A DNA stretch of 64,000 nucleotides from a virus: positions 64,001 through 128,000 of the IMG/VR virus record IMGVR_UViG_3300008448_000004, one strand, 5' to 3'. A program made the translations under genes and the position numbers. The notes under the pieces are model-generated. The model was given only the letters and a program-made list of their open reading frames with translations. It did not search any database and was not told where the DNA came from. Each line of letters opens with the position of its first letter. Positions within the stretch are counted from its first letter, which is position 1. Below, piece by piece: positions 19,303-26,656 of the stretch.

Positions 19303-20294
19303 AGTATATTCTCTTTTTTAAGTAATTCAAATAGATCACAGACTTCTGCTTGATATGCCTTCTTTAGCGTAGGCCTCTTTTTTAAAAAACTTAACTTCTG
19401 CTCAAGGGTAAGCTGTGTGTATTGGTACCAGTTAAAAAATACTAAGTCTAATATACTCCATTCGTCGTATGTTCTTCTAGCGCTAGGATGGTACATTAGC
19501 CCGGGGTCATTGCGATTTATACTACTTTTATCTTCTATTACCGGTTGCCATCCGGCTTCCCATCCTACCTCTGCTATTAATGCAGATACATCTTCTGATT
19601 TATATTCGTTGTGGGAGTTTATAATCCTATCACCTTCCCAGTGAGAATATTCGTAAGTTGCGATATCTTCAAACTGAAGGAGTTCATACTCTTCCGGGCT
19701 TATGTGTCCTTTGACAGAAACTTTTACGTGGTCTGCGAAGTAGACATCCACAAAGACCATACCTTCGAAGATATGTCTATCCCCTCTATACCCGTGTGTT
19801 TCTCTTAAACGTTCCCATATACCCCAGTGTATAATTCTAAAGTAACATTTTTCTCCTCGAGCCTCAGATCTAATAATACACGGTAGGTCTTTATTCCTGT
19901 TAAGGAGTATTTGCGCTAAATTACCGGGAGTATCCAACCAGGCATCGTCGTTCCACAACATAAGGTAGGTTCCGTTACTTATACTGGCTAAATCATTCCA
20001 GTACTTGCCCATAGACCCATATCCTTCTCCTCGTTCTGATATTATATAACGAACGTTTGGGTATTTAATTTTTGAGATCGCTTGAATTGTTTCATGGTCG
20101 TCTGTGTCTACTTTAATGCAAATTTCAATAGGTATTTGCTCTCCTATAGTATCTCTAAGTCTATCGATGTTTTTTTTGAGTATCTTACTTCTATAACGAG
20201 TGGGGTACATTATAGAAAGAAGCGGTATGTTTTCCGGACGTTTATAATTGCAATGCTCCCAAAAAGGAAAGCTATGTATGTACTCTCTAATCAT
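19299..20294 (-). CDS. GT2-like glycosyltransferase (paralog 2)
   Basis: LLSIMYPTRYR..CIKVDTDD..WNDDA; clearly paralogous to the neighbouring gene. Confidence 0.6.
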   Translation of the reverse strand: MIREYIHSFPFWEHCNYKRPENIPLLSIMYPTRYRSKILKKNIDRLRDTIGEQIPIEICIKVDTDDHETIQAISKIKYPNVRYIISERGEGYGSMGKYWNDLASISNGTYLMLWNDDAWLDTPGNLAQILLNRNKDLPCIIRSEARGEKCYFRIIHWGIWERLRETHGYRGDRHIFEGMVFVDVYFADHVKVSVKGHISPEEYELLQFEDIATYEYSHWEGDRIINSHNEYKSEDVSALIAEVGWEAGWQPVIEDKSSINRNDPGLMYHPSARRTYDEWSILDLVFFNWYQYTQLTLEQKLSFLKKRPTLKKAYQAEVCDLFELLKKENIL

Positions 20295-20985
20295 AATTAT
20301 AAAAATATTTTACTAAATTCTCATAAGACTTACTTCTGTATGTGGAGTCTAAATCAAAGATAGGATTTTTGTAGTTAGACATGCTATTAGTGTATAAATC
20401 TACTCCTAGTTCTATAGTTGAATTAAAATAACGTTTTACTTCTTTTAGTTCAATAATATCCTCAGATACAAAATCAATAACACCGCTATAGTGTTTATAA
20501 TCTCCTGTTGTAATAAATCTGAGGATATCTTGCATTAGTATGTAGTTGAAAGTAGACTCTCCACTAATACCAATTCGTCCTATGTTTGCTTTTAGTTTTG
20601 TAGCGTGATTAGGTTTCATAGTATCTCCGAACATCATAGGACACCTTAAGATCAAGTCATAGCTATCTAATAGACTTTCCGCAAAGCGTTTAAAAAGAGC
20701 ATAGACAGTCGGAGAAGTTTGGTATACGTCAACTGTTGATATATAGACAAAATATTTATGCGGTAAAGCTTTTAGCTTTTGAGTCAAGAAGATATTATCT
20801 TCCATATACTTCTTGTAGTCTGTTATAGGATACTCCTTATTAAAAGCGCAGTGTATTATTGTATTGTAACCTTCTTCTGAAAGACTATCAAAATTAACTC
20901 TACTCAATCCCTGAGATCCTGGGATGTTTATATGTAAGTATTTACCGAGACCGCTTCTGATGCCTGTAATAAGAAAATCATTCAC
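20287..20985 (-). CDS. short NAD(P)-dependent epimerase/reductase (extended SDR)
   Basis: LITGIRSGLG, YISTVDVY, YALFK (YxxxK). Confidence 0.75.
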   Translation of the reverse strand: MNDFLITGIRSGLGKYLHINIPGSQGLSRVNFDSLSEEGYNTIIHCAFNKEYPITDYKKYMEDNIFLTQKLKALPHKYFVYISTVDVYQTSPTVYALFKRFAESLLDSYDLILRCPMMFGDTMKPNHATKLKANIGRIGISGESTFNYILMQDILRFITTGDYKHYSGVIDFVSEDIIELKEVKRYFNSTIELGVDLYTNSMSNYKNPIFDLDSTYRSKSYENLVKYFYNYD

Positions 20986-20991
20986 AGTATT

Positions 20992-21528
20992 TTATTTTGT
21001 ATTATAGTACTCTGTGTGTTCTATAACCAAAGTTGACTTGGTATCTGAACGTAAGTATGCATGTTGGTAAGCGGATATTGCTTGGTCAGGTTCGGTTAGT
21101 TCAATAACATCTACGTCTGTTAACATTTGCTTTATAGCTTCTGTGTGATTTTGTGAATGTTGGGGTCCTGAATGTAGTGGTGTTTTTGCTCCGATTCCTA
21201 CTCGTATAATAACTTTAGGTGTTAAAATTCCTTTAGACATCTCATTCATCTTATCTAGATGATTTACGAGTTGATTCATAGCTAAAATAAAAAAATCAAA
21301 ACGAGGGTAGCAAGTGATCGGTACGAAGCCTTCTAATGCAAGGCCTGTCGACATTCCCATCTGAGTTTCTTCAAATACAGGAAGTTCTATTCTCTTCTCT
21401 AGAGGAACATTCACCAATGTGCTAGATAAAGCGTGGCCACTTACCTTTACTGCTTGTCCTAAAAAGACTGTATTAGGTTGATTCCCTAACCAGTTCATTG
21501 CTTCTATAATTGCTTCTCTATATTTCAT
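20992..21528 (-). CDS. ThDP-dependent dehydrogenase E1-beta / transketolase pyrimidine-binding domain (truncated)
   Basis: FLGQAV, ELPVFEETQMG..GLAL.G, PRFDF..AMNQLVN, GPQHSQ; 178 aa, lacking the C-terminal domain. Confidence 0.85.
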   Translation of the reverse strand: MKYREAIIEAMNWLGNQPNTVFLGQAVKVSGHALSSTLVNVPLEKRIELPVFEETQMGMSTGLALEGFVPITCYPRFDFFILAMNQLVNHLDKMNEMSKGILTPKVIIRVGIGAKTPLHSGPQHSQNHTEAIKQMLTDVDVIELTEPDQAISAYQHAYLRSDTKSTLVIEHTEYYNTK

Positions 21529-22160
21529 TAGAAGTTAACCCATTTACCTGTTCCGTGATGTGGATATTTCATTTCATAAGTATAATATATAACTTTATTA
21601 GGAATTACACATCGCTTACCCCAGGCTGATTCTGTATTTGTATGTACACTATTGTTGTTATCTTCTACAACAAACTGCAAAGGTAGATCGAAGTTTTGAG
21701 AATACTTATAAGCTTCCCAAAATACACCTGTTTCAAAAGTCATATCTCCAATAAAGCACCAGACTTTATCTTTTGAATTCTTTAGCTTGAGTCCTTGTGC
21801 TACTCCTAAAGCAATAGGTATGATGCCTCCTACAATTGAAGATGTGTAGAAGTTAGGATCTGAGTTTATTATACCCATGCTTCTACCTTCTATGATCCAA
21901 TCGCGTAATTTACCGGGATTAACTCCGTGAAGTAATGCATGGTAGTGGTTTCTCCATGCAGAGAATACCCAGTCGGTAGGGGAGATATACTGAAAGAGTT
22001 TGATAAGTTCTGGTTCGTTATTGCCGGATAGGTGTATTGGACCTTTTATTTGCCCTTGCTCGTATAAAGCTTTTATATTATCTTCGAAAGAAGATAGATC
22101 TTCGGCAGTTAGTATAACGTCCCTTCTCTTTTCAAAACTAAAATTAACCGGAAAATGCAT
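21528..22160 (-). CDS. ThDP-dependent dehydrogenase E1-alpha (short)
   Basis: GPIHLSG, RNHYHAL, SIVGG, GDMTFETG..(N24)..EDNN ThDP motif. Confidence 0.85.
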   Translation of the reverse strand: MHFPVNFSFEKRRDVILTAEDLSSFEDNIKALYEQGQIKGPIHLSGNNEPELIKLFQYISPTDWVFSAWRNHYHALLHGVNPGKLRDWIIEGRSMGIINSDPNFYTSSIVGGIIPIALGVAQGLKLKNSKDKVWCFIGDMTFETGVFWEAYKYSQNFDLPLQFVVEDNNNSVHTNTESAWGKRCVIPNKVIYYTYEMKYPHHGTGKWVNF

Positions 22161-22197
22161 TTGATGCTTTTATATAAATATGCATCAATCTAAAAAG

Positions 22198-22284
22198 TAC
22201 CTAGGGCGGGAATCGAACCCGCACGACCTTTTTCGGGTCAAAGGATTTTAAGTCCTTCGTGTCTACCTGTTCCACCACCTAGGC
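22198..22284 (-). tRNA. tRNA-Leu(UAA)
   Basis: GCCTAGG/CCTAGGT acceptor, AAGGA-CT-TAA-AA-TCCTT anticodon arm, long variable arm, TTCGATT T-loop. Confidence 0.95.
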
Positions 22285-22288
22285 ATAC

Positions 22289-22661
22289 GCTACTGTTCTT
22301 TGACGTTTTTTATTTTATCCTTTTAAAATTTGTTTACTGCTCGATAACTTACTTTCAAGCTTATCACAGCGTGAATCTATTGTTCTGTAAATATCCTGTG
22401 CGATATCATCAGTCTGTTTTTGAACTTCGTTAATTCGCTGAAAGATATTTCCAGATTCGGTACTTATTGATCGGTAGATATGATCAGTGTTCTCATGTAA
22501 AACCTGTCTTAGGTCTCTGATCTGTGTGTTTAAATTGTTTACCCTAACGAAAGCATAAACAGCAACTGCTGCAATAGCAACAACCGCCACGAATGCTATC
22601 CCTAAACTAAATGATAATAGTTCCATAATTTGTTTCTCCTTATATGTCAAAGAACAGTAGC
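22289..22661. repeat. 16-bp perfect inverted repeat (GCTACTGTTCTTTGAC at 22289-22304 / complement at 22646-22661) flanking an ORF between two tRNA-Leu genes
   Basis: Read directly from the sequence; the arm contains a boxA-like GTTCTTTGAC. Confidence 0.85.
22315..22626 (-). CDS. small membrane protein, N-terminal TM helix plus coiled coil
   Basis: True start MELLSF at 22626 (the ORF-track start lies inside a tRNA); hydrophobic N-terminus; C-terminal IDSRCDK. Confidence 0.7.
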   Translation of the reverse strand: MELLSFSLGIAFVAVVAIAAVAVYAFVRVNNLNTQIRDLRQVLHENTDHIYRSISTESGNIFQRINEVQKQTDDIAQDIYRTIDSRCDKLESKLSSSKQILKG

Positions 22662-22663
22662 TG

Positions 22664-22745
22664 TGCTCCATGAGAGACTCGAACTCTCAAGCCTTGCGGC
22701 ACCAGATCCTAAGTCTGGCGTGTCTACCAATTTCACCAACGGAGC
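22664..22745 (-). tRNA. tRNA-Leu(UAG)
   Basis: GCTCCGT/ATGGAGC acceptor, CCAGA-CT-TAG-GA-TCTGG arm, variable arm, T-loop. Confidence 0.95.
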
Positions 22746-22750
22746 GGTGC

Positions 22751-22828
22751 GTCCCAGTTTGAACAGATAATGTGCTGTTCTCTCATTGCTCCCGTATACG
22801 ACACCTGCGTACCTCGTAGGAGTGGGAC
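22751..22828 (-). ncRNA. unassigned structured RNA element upstream of tRNA-Leu(UAG)
   Basis: Closing stem GTCCCA/TGGGAC encloses CTCC/GGAG plus TACGA/TCGTA and GAACAG/CTGTTC hairpins. Confidence 0.5.
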
Positions 22829-22845
22829 TACAACATCAACGAGCG

Positions 22846-23388
22846 TTAATAGAGAATATTGGTTACTCCTGCTATTAACTGACCTTGTTTTTGAAAAGCA
22901 TCTTCTTCCCAAGGCCTCTTTTCATAGGTAACATTTTCTAAATTAAATTCTTCGCCTTTCCAGTATACAATTCCTGTATTTTGGTCATAGGAGATGTCGC
23001 CGTCTTGGTATTGTGTGAGATGTATTGTTTCGTGGGAAAGTACTTCGATAGCATCTTCTCTATCTAGCTCTGCAATAAACAGGTAGTATATGCCATTGAA
23101 AGACCTAATATGAGCTTTAAGTTCGCCGTCAAACTGCGACTTTGCTTGGTCTGAGAGAGGGTTAATAACAACGGTGATGCCTGTTAGTCCGGCTTGGTCT
23201 AGAGCTATGCTTAGAGCAGTGTCGTAGTAAGTAGGCATACTGTTATTTACTACAGAATTGTTAAACGGTAATTCGACTTGCTTATAAGGCTCTTCTTGAG
23301 TGAAGTTGTTAGCCATCAATATTCCCGCTACTATTAGCAGTGTAACTACTCCGGTAGCTATTCCAATTTTTTTCCAGTTTGATTTCAT
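22846..23388 (-). CDS. membrane-anchored zincin-like metallopeptidase
   Basis: N-terminal TM helix; HETIH (HExxH) followed by downstream E in PWEEDA. Confidence 0.65.
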   Translation of the reverse strand: MKSNWKKIGIATGVVTLLIVAGILMANNFTQEEPYKQVELPFNNSVVNNSMPTYYDTALSIALDQAGLTGITVVINPLSDQAKSQFDGELKAHIRSFNGIYYLFIAELDREDAIEVLSHETIHLTQYQDGDISYDQNTGIVYWKGEEFNLENVTYEKRPWEEDAFQKQGQLIAGVTNILY

Positions 23389-23404
23389 TGTTGATAATTT
23401 TTAG

Positions 23405-23510
23405 CAGCCAGGGGAGGAATCGAACCTCCACGCTTAAATTAAGCGGACACTAAAAGTGCCTGTGTATATCCTTCGGTAGTCATATGCCTACACGTTTTCA
23501 CCACCTAGCT
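23405..23510 (-). tRNA. aberrant class II tRNA-like gene (enlarged D region, ambiguous anticodon UUU or UUA, G73)
   Basis: AGCTAGG/CCTGGCT acceptor, GGAGG-TTCGATT-CCTCC T arm, GCTTA/TAAGC variable arm, ~20 extra nt in the D region. Confidence 0.7.
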
Positions 23511-23523
23511 TTTTATGCCTTTA

Positions 23524-23733
23524 TTACTTGATAGCTTGGTCGTGAGCAGATTTACCACCACCTACGGAGACGGTATCTTCACTACCTGAAATTTTAGCTA
23601 CAGTACTATCTGTTGCGACAACTGAGCTGTCTGCTACAGCGGTGCTATCAGCGCCGGTGTTTTCGGTTGAAGCGGATCCTCCGCAGGACATCATGGCAAA
23701 CATAACGGCAATTGCAAGAATTGTCTTTTTCAT
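23524..23733 (-). CDS. small Ser/Thr-rich lipoprotein
   Basis: MKK-hydrophobic-MMSC lipobox; ADSTA, ADSSV, TDSTV repeats. Confidence 0.75.
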   Translation of the reverse strand: MKKTILAIAVMFAMMSCGGSASTENTGADSTAVADSSVVATDSTVAKISGSEDTVSVGGGKSAHDQAIK

Positions 23734-23771
23734 ACTTTTTTTTTAATTTTGATTTGTTAATAATTGTAGAA

Positions 23772-23802
23772 TAAATATAGAATAAAAACTTCAGACTTCC
23801 AA
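23772..23802 (-). promoter_or_regulatory. Bacteroidota-type promoter (TTG-N20-TATATTTA)
   Basis: Consensus match upstream of the lipoprotein gene. Confidence 0.6.
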
Positions 23803-24711
23803 CTAAAGGCGGGCTCCTACCTTATTTTTTATAATTAACGTATCATTCTGTATATCTGTACAAGCTGTAGGGGTTGGTCCTATCCACCAGGATGCTAAAC
23901 AACTACTGCCAATAGAACCCATAATAGGACCTGTTAGACCGTTACATGGTTTGTATGTGTAAAGTAAATTACAATTAGCATCCCATTGGGCCTGGTGTAG
24001 TAAACCAACAGTATGTCCTGCTTCATGAGATACGCATACTCTAGTTCGTAAAGCATTGTAGCTTAGTGTATTAGTAAATACAAAACACGGAGTATCACTT
24101 CCCCAAAACATACTCCCTACATATGCTACACCTGCTACTCCTGGATATATTTCATTAGAAGTGGTAATTACTACTCTCATTCTTTTTGTTATACTAGCTT
24201 TAAGGTATACGCTTTCATCTGTAGTAACAATTACATTAAATTTAACATAGTCTTTAGATACACTATCTAATATTGTCTGTATATCTGCAGGGTATAATCC
24301 ACTTGGTAAGAGCTGTTTCGGTATACCGTTATTCCAAGATGGGCTGTTTAAGTAGTATCCATCGAAATCTAATAATATAACTGAGCTAGCACCCGGGTTA
24401 TTCCCGTACGGGTATGGATCACAGGCATTACCTATACCATCACCATCAGAATCTAATTGAGTTGAATTTGAAACTTTAGGACAGTTATCATTTATATCAG
24501 GGATACCATCTTTATCAAAATCTCTTAATTTGGTCGATCCTCCGACTCGAGCCATTTCAAACTCTATTCTAGTTTTGAATGAACTATTATCTAGAGGGCC
24601 AAAATCACAAATTTCAACTTTAGGATTACTTGGTTGATTAATTTTCTCTTTAGTACAGGTTGATAGCACTGCTATAAAAAGTATGCAGCAAAGCAATAAT
24701 CTAGTGTTCAT
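23803..24711 (-). CDS. secreted/lipoprotein metzincin protease with thrombospondin type-3 Ca-binding repeat
   Basis: Signal peptide ending in Cys; DFDKDGIPDINDNCP..DSDGDGIGNACD; HEAGHTVGLLH; Met-turn PIMG. Confidence 0.8.
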   Translation of the reverse strand: MNTRLLLCCILFIAVLSTCTKEKINQPSNPKVEICDFGPLDNSSFKTRIEFEMARVGGSTKLRDFDKDGIPDINDNCPKVSNSTQLDSDGDGIGNACDPYPYGNNPGASSVILLDFDGYYLNSPSWNNGIPKQLLPSGLYPADIQTILDSVSKDYVKFNVIVTTDESVYLKASITKRMRVVITTSNEIYPGVAGVAYVGSMFWGSDTPCFVFTNTLSYNALRTRVCVSHEAGHTVGLLHQAQWDANCNLLYTYKPCNGLTGPIMGSIGSSCLASWWIGPTPTACTDIQNDTLIIKNKVGARL

Positions 24712-24761
24712 TATAGTAAGGTTGTACTTATAATTAGTTTACAGCCTTAGCAGGACGTCGA

Positions 24762-25223
24762 TTATTTTTTGCATACTGAATCTGCAGCATAAGTCATCAG
24801 GGGGGAATTTCCTTTGTGTCTCACCTTATACCCCATCCCGGTTACTATACCTACTGCTGAAGTGAGAGCTTGGTTTGATTGGTATTTTGGGTCGGGATTA
24901 ATATCAATATCAATCCAGGTTGCTTTAATGTTTAATTCTGATCTTAGCAGTTCTGCTATTTCAACTGAAAACCAAACTTCGTTTAGTAGCCTTGGTGTGT
25001 TTTCTCTTTCTCTACCTGTGTTAAATTTTGAGAAAAGAACATGAGCTCCTTTTCCGGGCTTGTACAGCCCCACTACCAGGGCGTATACTGTTGTGAGTAA
25101 TCTATTTTGAGAATCGCATCCAATTAAAACTTCAACTCCGGGGTTCCTTTCTGTGTAATCTTTTACGTATTTAACTAGGTCTACTCTCTGCTTAGTGGAG
25201 AGTGTTTTAAACTCTCTTTCCAT
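24762..25223 (-). CDS. RNase H-like protein, YkuK family
   Basis: IGCDSQ, RLLNEVWFS, IDIDIN, ADS acidic residues. Confidence 0.75.
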   Translation of the reverse strand: MEREFKTLSTKQRVDLVKYVKDYTERNPGVEVLIGCDSQNRLLTTVYALVVGLYKPGKGAHVLFSKFNTGRERENTPRLLNEVWFSVEIAELLRSELNIKATWIDIDINPDPKYQSNQALTSAVGIVTGMGYKVRHKGNSPLMTYAADSVCKK

Positions 25224-25253
25224 AGTCTTTAATTTTTACGTTTTACCAATCAG

Positions 25254-25325
25254 TAGTCTCACCAAGAATCGAACTTGGATCCACTGCTTAGAAGGCAGTT
25301 GTTCTATCCGTTGAACTATGAGACC
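25254..25325 (-). tRNA. tRNA-Arg(UCU)
   Basis: GGTCTCA/TGAGACT acceptor; ACTGC-CT-TCT-AA-GCAGT. Confidence 0.95.
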
Positions 25326-25331
25326 AAAAAG

Positions 25332-25460
25332 GAAGAGTTGCTAACGAGCTTTGAATCTTACCTACGCACTGTGAGGTATCTCGTCTTCTTTGTTCGCATT
25401 GCCTGTTCATGGTGCACCAATTCCAGGTTGCCGTGCGTGTCAGTGTTATAACAACTCTTC
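25332..25460 (-). ncRNA. unassigned structured RNA element upstream of tRNA-Arg(UCU)
   Basis: 12-bp closing stem GAAGAGTTGTTA/TAGCAACTCTTC; inner ACGCAC/GTGCGT. Confidence 0.5.
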
Positions 25461-25479
25461 AAATCGTTTCGTTATATTC

Positions 25480-25782
25480 TTATCTATTTTGATCTCCTGC
25501 TTTTTTAATAGCAAGGATTGCTTTATCTACTCTTGAATCAACTTTCTTAGAGAGTTCTTGAATTTTTTGATCTGTACTTTTTGATACACTTCCTAGAGTT
25601 TCTGTTATATCTCTTATATCTTCTCTAAATGCTCTAACTTCATCTCTCATCTTTCTATGATCTATAACTACGTATATAACCGTAACAATCATTATACCTA
25701 AAAGAAACATTGAGATTGGGTGTGGTAGTGATGATACTACTACTTCATCAGAAAAACCAGGAAGTGTTTGTAACAGATACAT
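25480..25782 (-). CDS. small membrane protein, TM helix plus coiled coil
   Basis: TM segment FLLGIMIVTVIYVVI; C-terminal VDSRVDK resembles 22315..22626. Confidence 0.65.
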   Translation of the reverse strand: MYLLQTLPGFSDEVVVSSLPHPISMFLLGIMIVTVIYVVIDHRKMRDEVRAFREDIRDITETLGSVSKSTDQKIQELSKKVDSRVDKAILAIKKAGDQNR

Positions 25783-25803
25783 AATCTTTAATTTTTGGTT
25801 TAT

Positions 25804-25902
25804 AAAAAGGTATAGTACACTCTTAATATTGACTCCGACTCTTTTTCAAGCCAGCACCTCCGAAATGACGCTGACGTTGGGATAGGAGAGTCTAACCTTT
25901 TT
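25804..25902 (-). ncRNA. unassigned structured element (5' leader of 25782 or independent RNA)
   Basis: Nested stems AAAAAGGT/ACCTTTTT, GACTCT/AGAGTC, GTCAGC/GCTGGC. Confidence 0.4.
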
Positions 25903-25961
25903 TCAAAGTTAAACAATAGAATTGAACTATAACACAACTCTATATCGAAAGCATACTATTG

Positions 25962-26032
25962 TGGATGATACTGGAATCGAACCAGCGCTTCAAGAGTCGG
26001 AGTCTCGCGTCCTGCCATTAGACGAATCACCC
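25962..26032 (-). tRNA. tRNA with CCG anticodon (nominally Arg) on a Glu/Gln-like body
   Basis: GGGTGAT/ATCATCC acceptor; CGAGA-CT-CCG-AC-TCTTG; D arm GTCTAATGGCAGGAC. Confidence 0.85.
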
Positions 26033-26057
26033 ATCAGATCTGAAAAGATCTTTTCTG

Positions 26058-26131
26058 TTGACCCTGCTGGACTCGAACCAGCTACCCGCAGATTATGAGT
26101 CTGCTGCTCTAACCTGGTGAGCTAAGGGTCA
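26058..26131 (-). tRNA. tRNA(CAU), probably Ile2 (lysidine type), otherwise Met
   Basis: TGACCCT/AGGGTCA acceptor; GCAGA-CT-CAT-AA-TCTGC. Confidence 0.85.
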
Positions 26132-26208
26132 CTGTTAATATTTTAAATATAGTGACTATTTATAAATATACAAACGGTTTCAGTATCTTTAACTTAAATT
26201 TTTAAAAC

Positions 26209-26376
26209 ATGAAAGAACAAGTATTAGGCCTAGTAAGACACGCTTTAACTTTTGTCGGCGGTATTATCGTCGCTAAAGGACTTCTTGACGAGGCTCTTTT
26301 TCAAGAAGTACTCGGCGGAGTTATGACTCTAGTCGGTGCTGTTTGGTCAATTGCTTCTAAGAAGAAAGCAGCTTAA
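26209..26376 (+). CDS. 55-aa two-TM holin-like membrane protein; the only plus-strand gene
   Basis: Missed by the ORF track: MKEQVLGLVRHALTFVGGIIVAKGLLDEALFQEVLGGVMTLVGAVWSIASKKKAA; followed by its own terminator. Confidence 0.75.
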   Translation: MKEQVLGLVRHALTFVGGIIVAKGLLDEALFQEVLGGVMTLVGAVWSIASKKKAA

Positions 26377-26400
26377 TCTAACTGTTCTCACTTTTTAATG

Positions 26401-26426
26401 AGCCGGCTTTATGCCGGCTTTTTTTT
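26401..26426 (+). terminator. intrinsic terminator
   Basis: AGCCGGC-TTTAT-GCCGGCT followed by a T7 run. Confidence 0.85.
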
Positions 26427-26427
26427 G

Positions 26428-26499
26428 TACTCGGTACGGGAATCGAACCCGTATCTTATCCGTGAAAGGGATACGTCCTAACCGTTAGACGAACTGAGC
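26428..26499 (-). tRNA. tRNA-Glu(UUC)
   Basis: TATCC-CT-TTC-AC-GGATA; one acceptor mismatch. Confidence 0.92.
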
Positions 26500-26502
26500 G
26501 TG

Positions 26503-26573
26503 TTACTCCGACTGGGCTCGAACCAGGAACTGCAGAATCAAAATCTGTCGTGTTACCATTACACCACGGAGCA
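26503..26573 (-). tRNA. tRNA-Gln(UUG)
   Basis: TGCTCCG/CGGAGTA acceptor; loop TT-TTG-AT. Confidence 0.92.
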
Positions 26574-26579
26574 ATGTAG

Positions 26580-26651
26580 TAGAGTAGACAGGGCTCGAAC
26601 CTGCACGCACTTGCTCCCAAAGCAAGGGACCTACCATTGGTCAACTACTCT
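26580..26651 (-). tRNA. tRNA-Pro(UGG)
   Basis: AGAGTAG/CTACTCT acceptor (A1-U72); CTTGC-TT-TGG-GA-GCAAG. Confidence 0.92.
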
Positions 26652-26656
26652 ATTAG

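Noticed and set aside
20992-22160. Pyruvate dehydrogenase auxiliary metabolic genes
   Set aside because: Both subunits are truncated, there is no E2/E3, and the neighbours are sugar genes.
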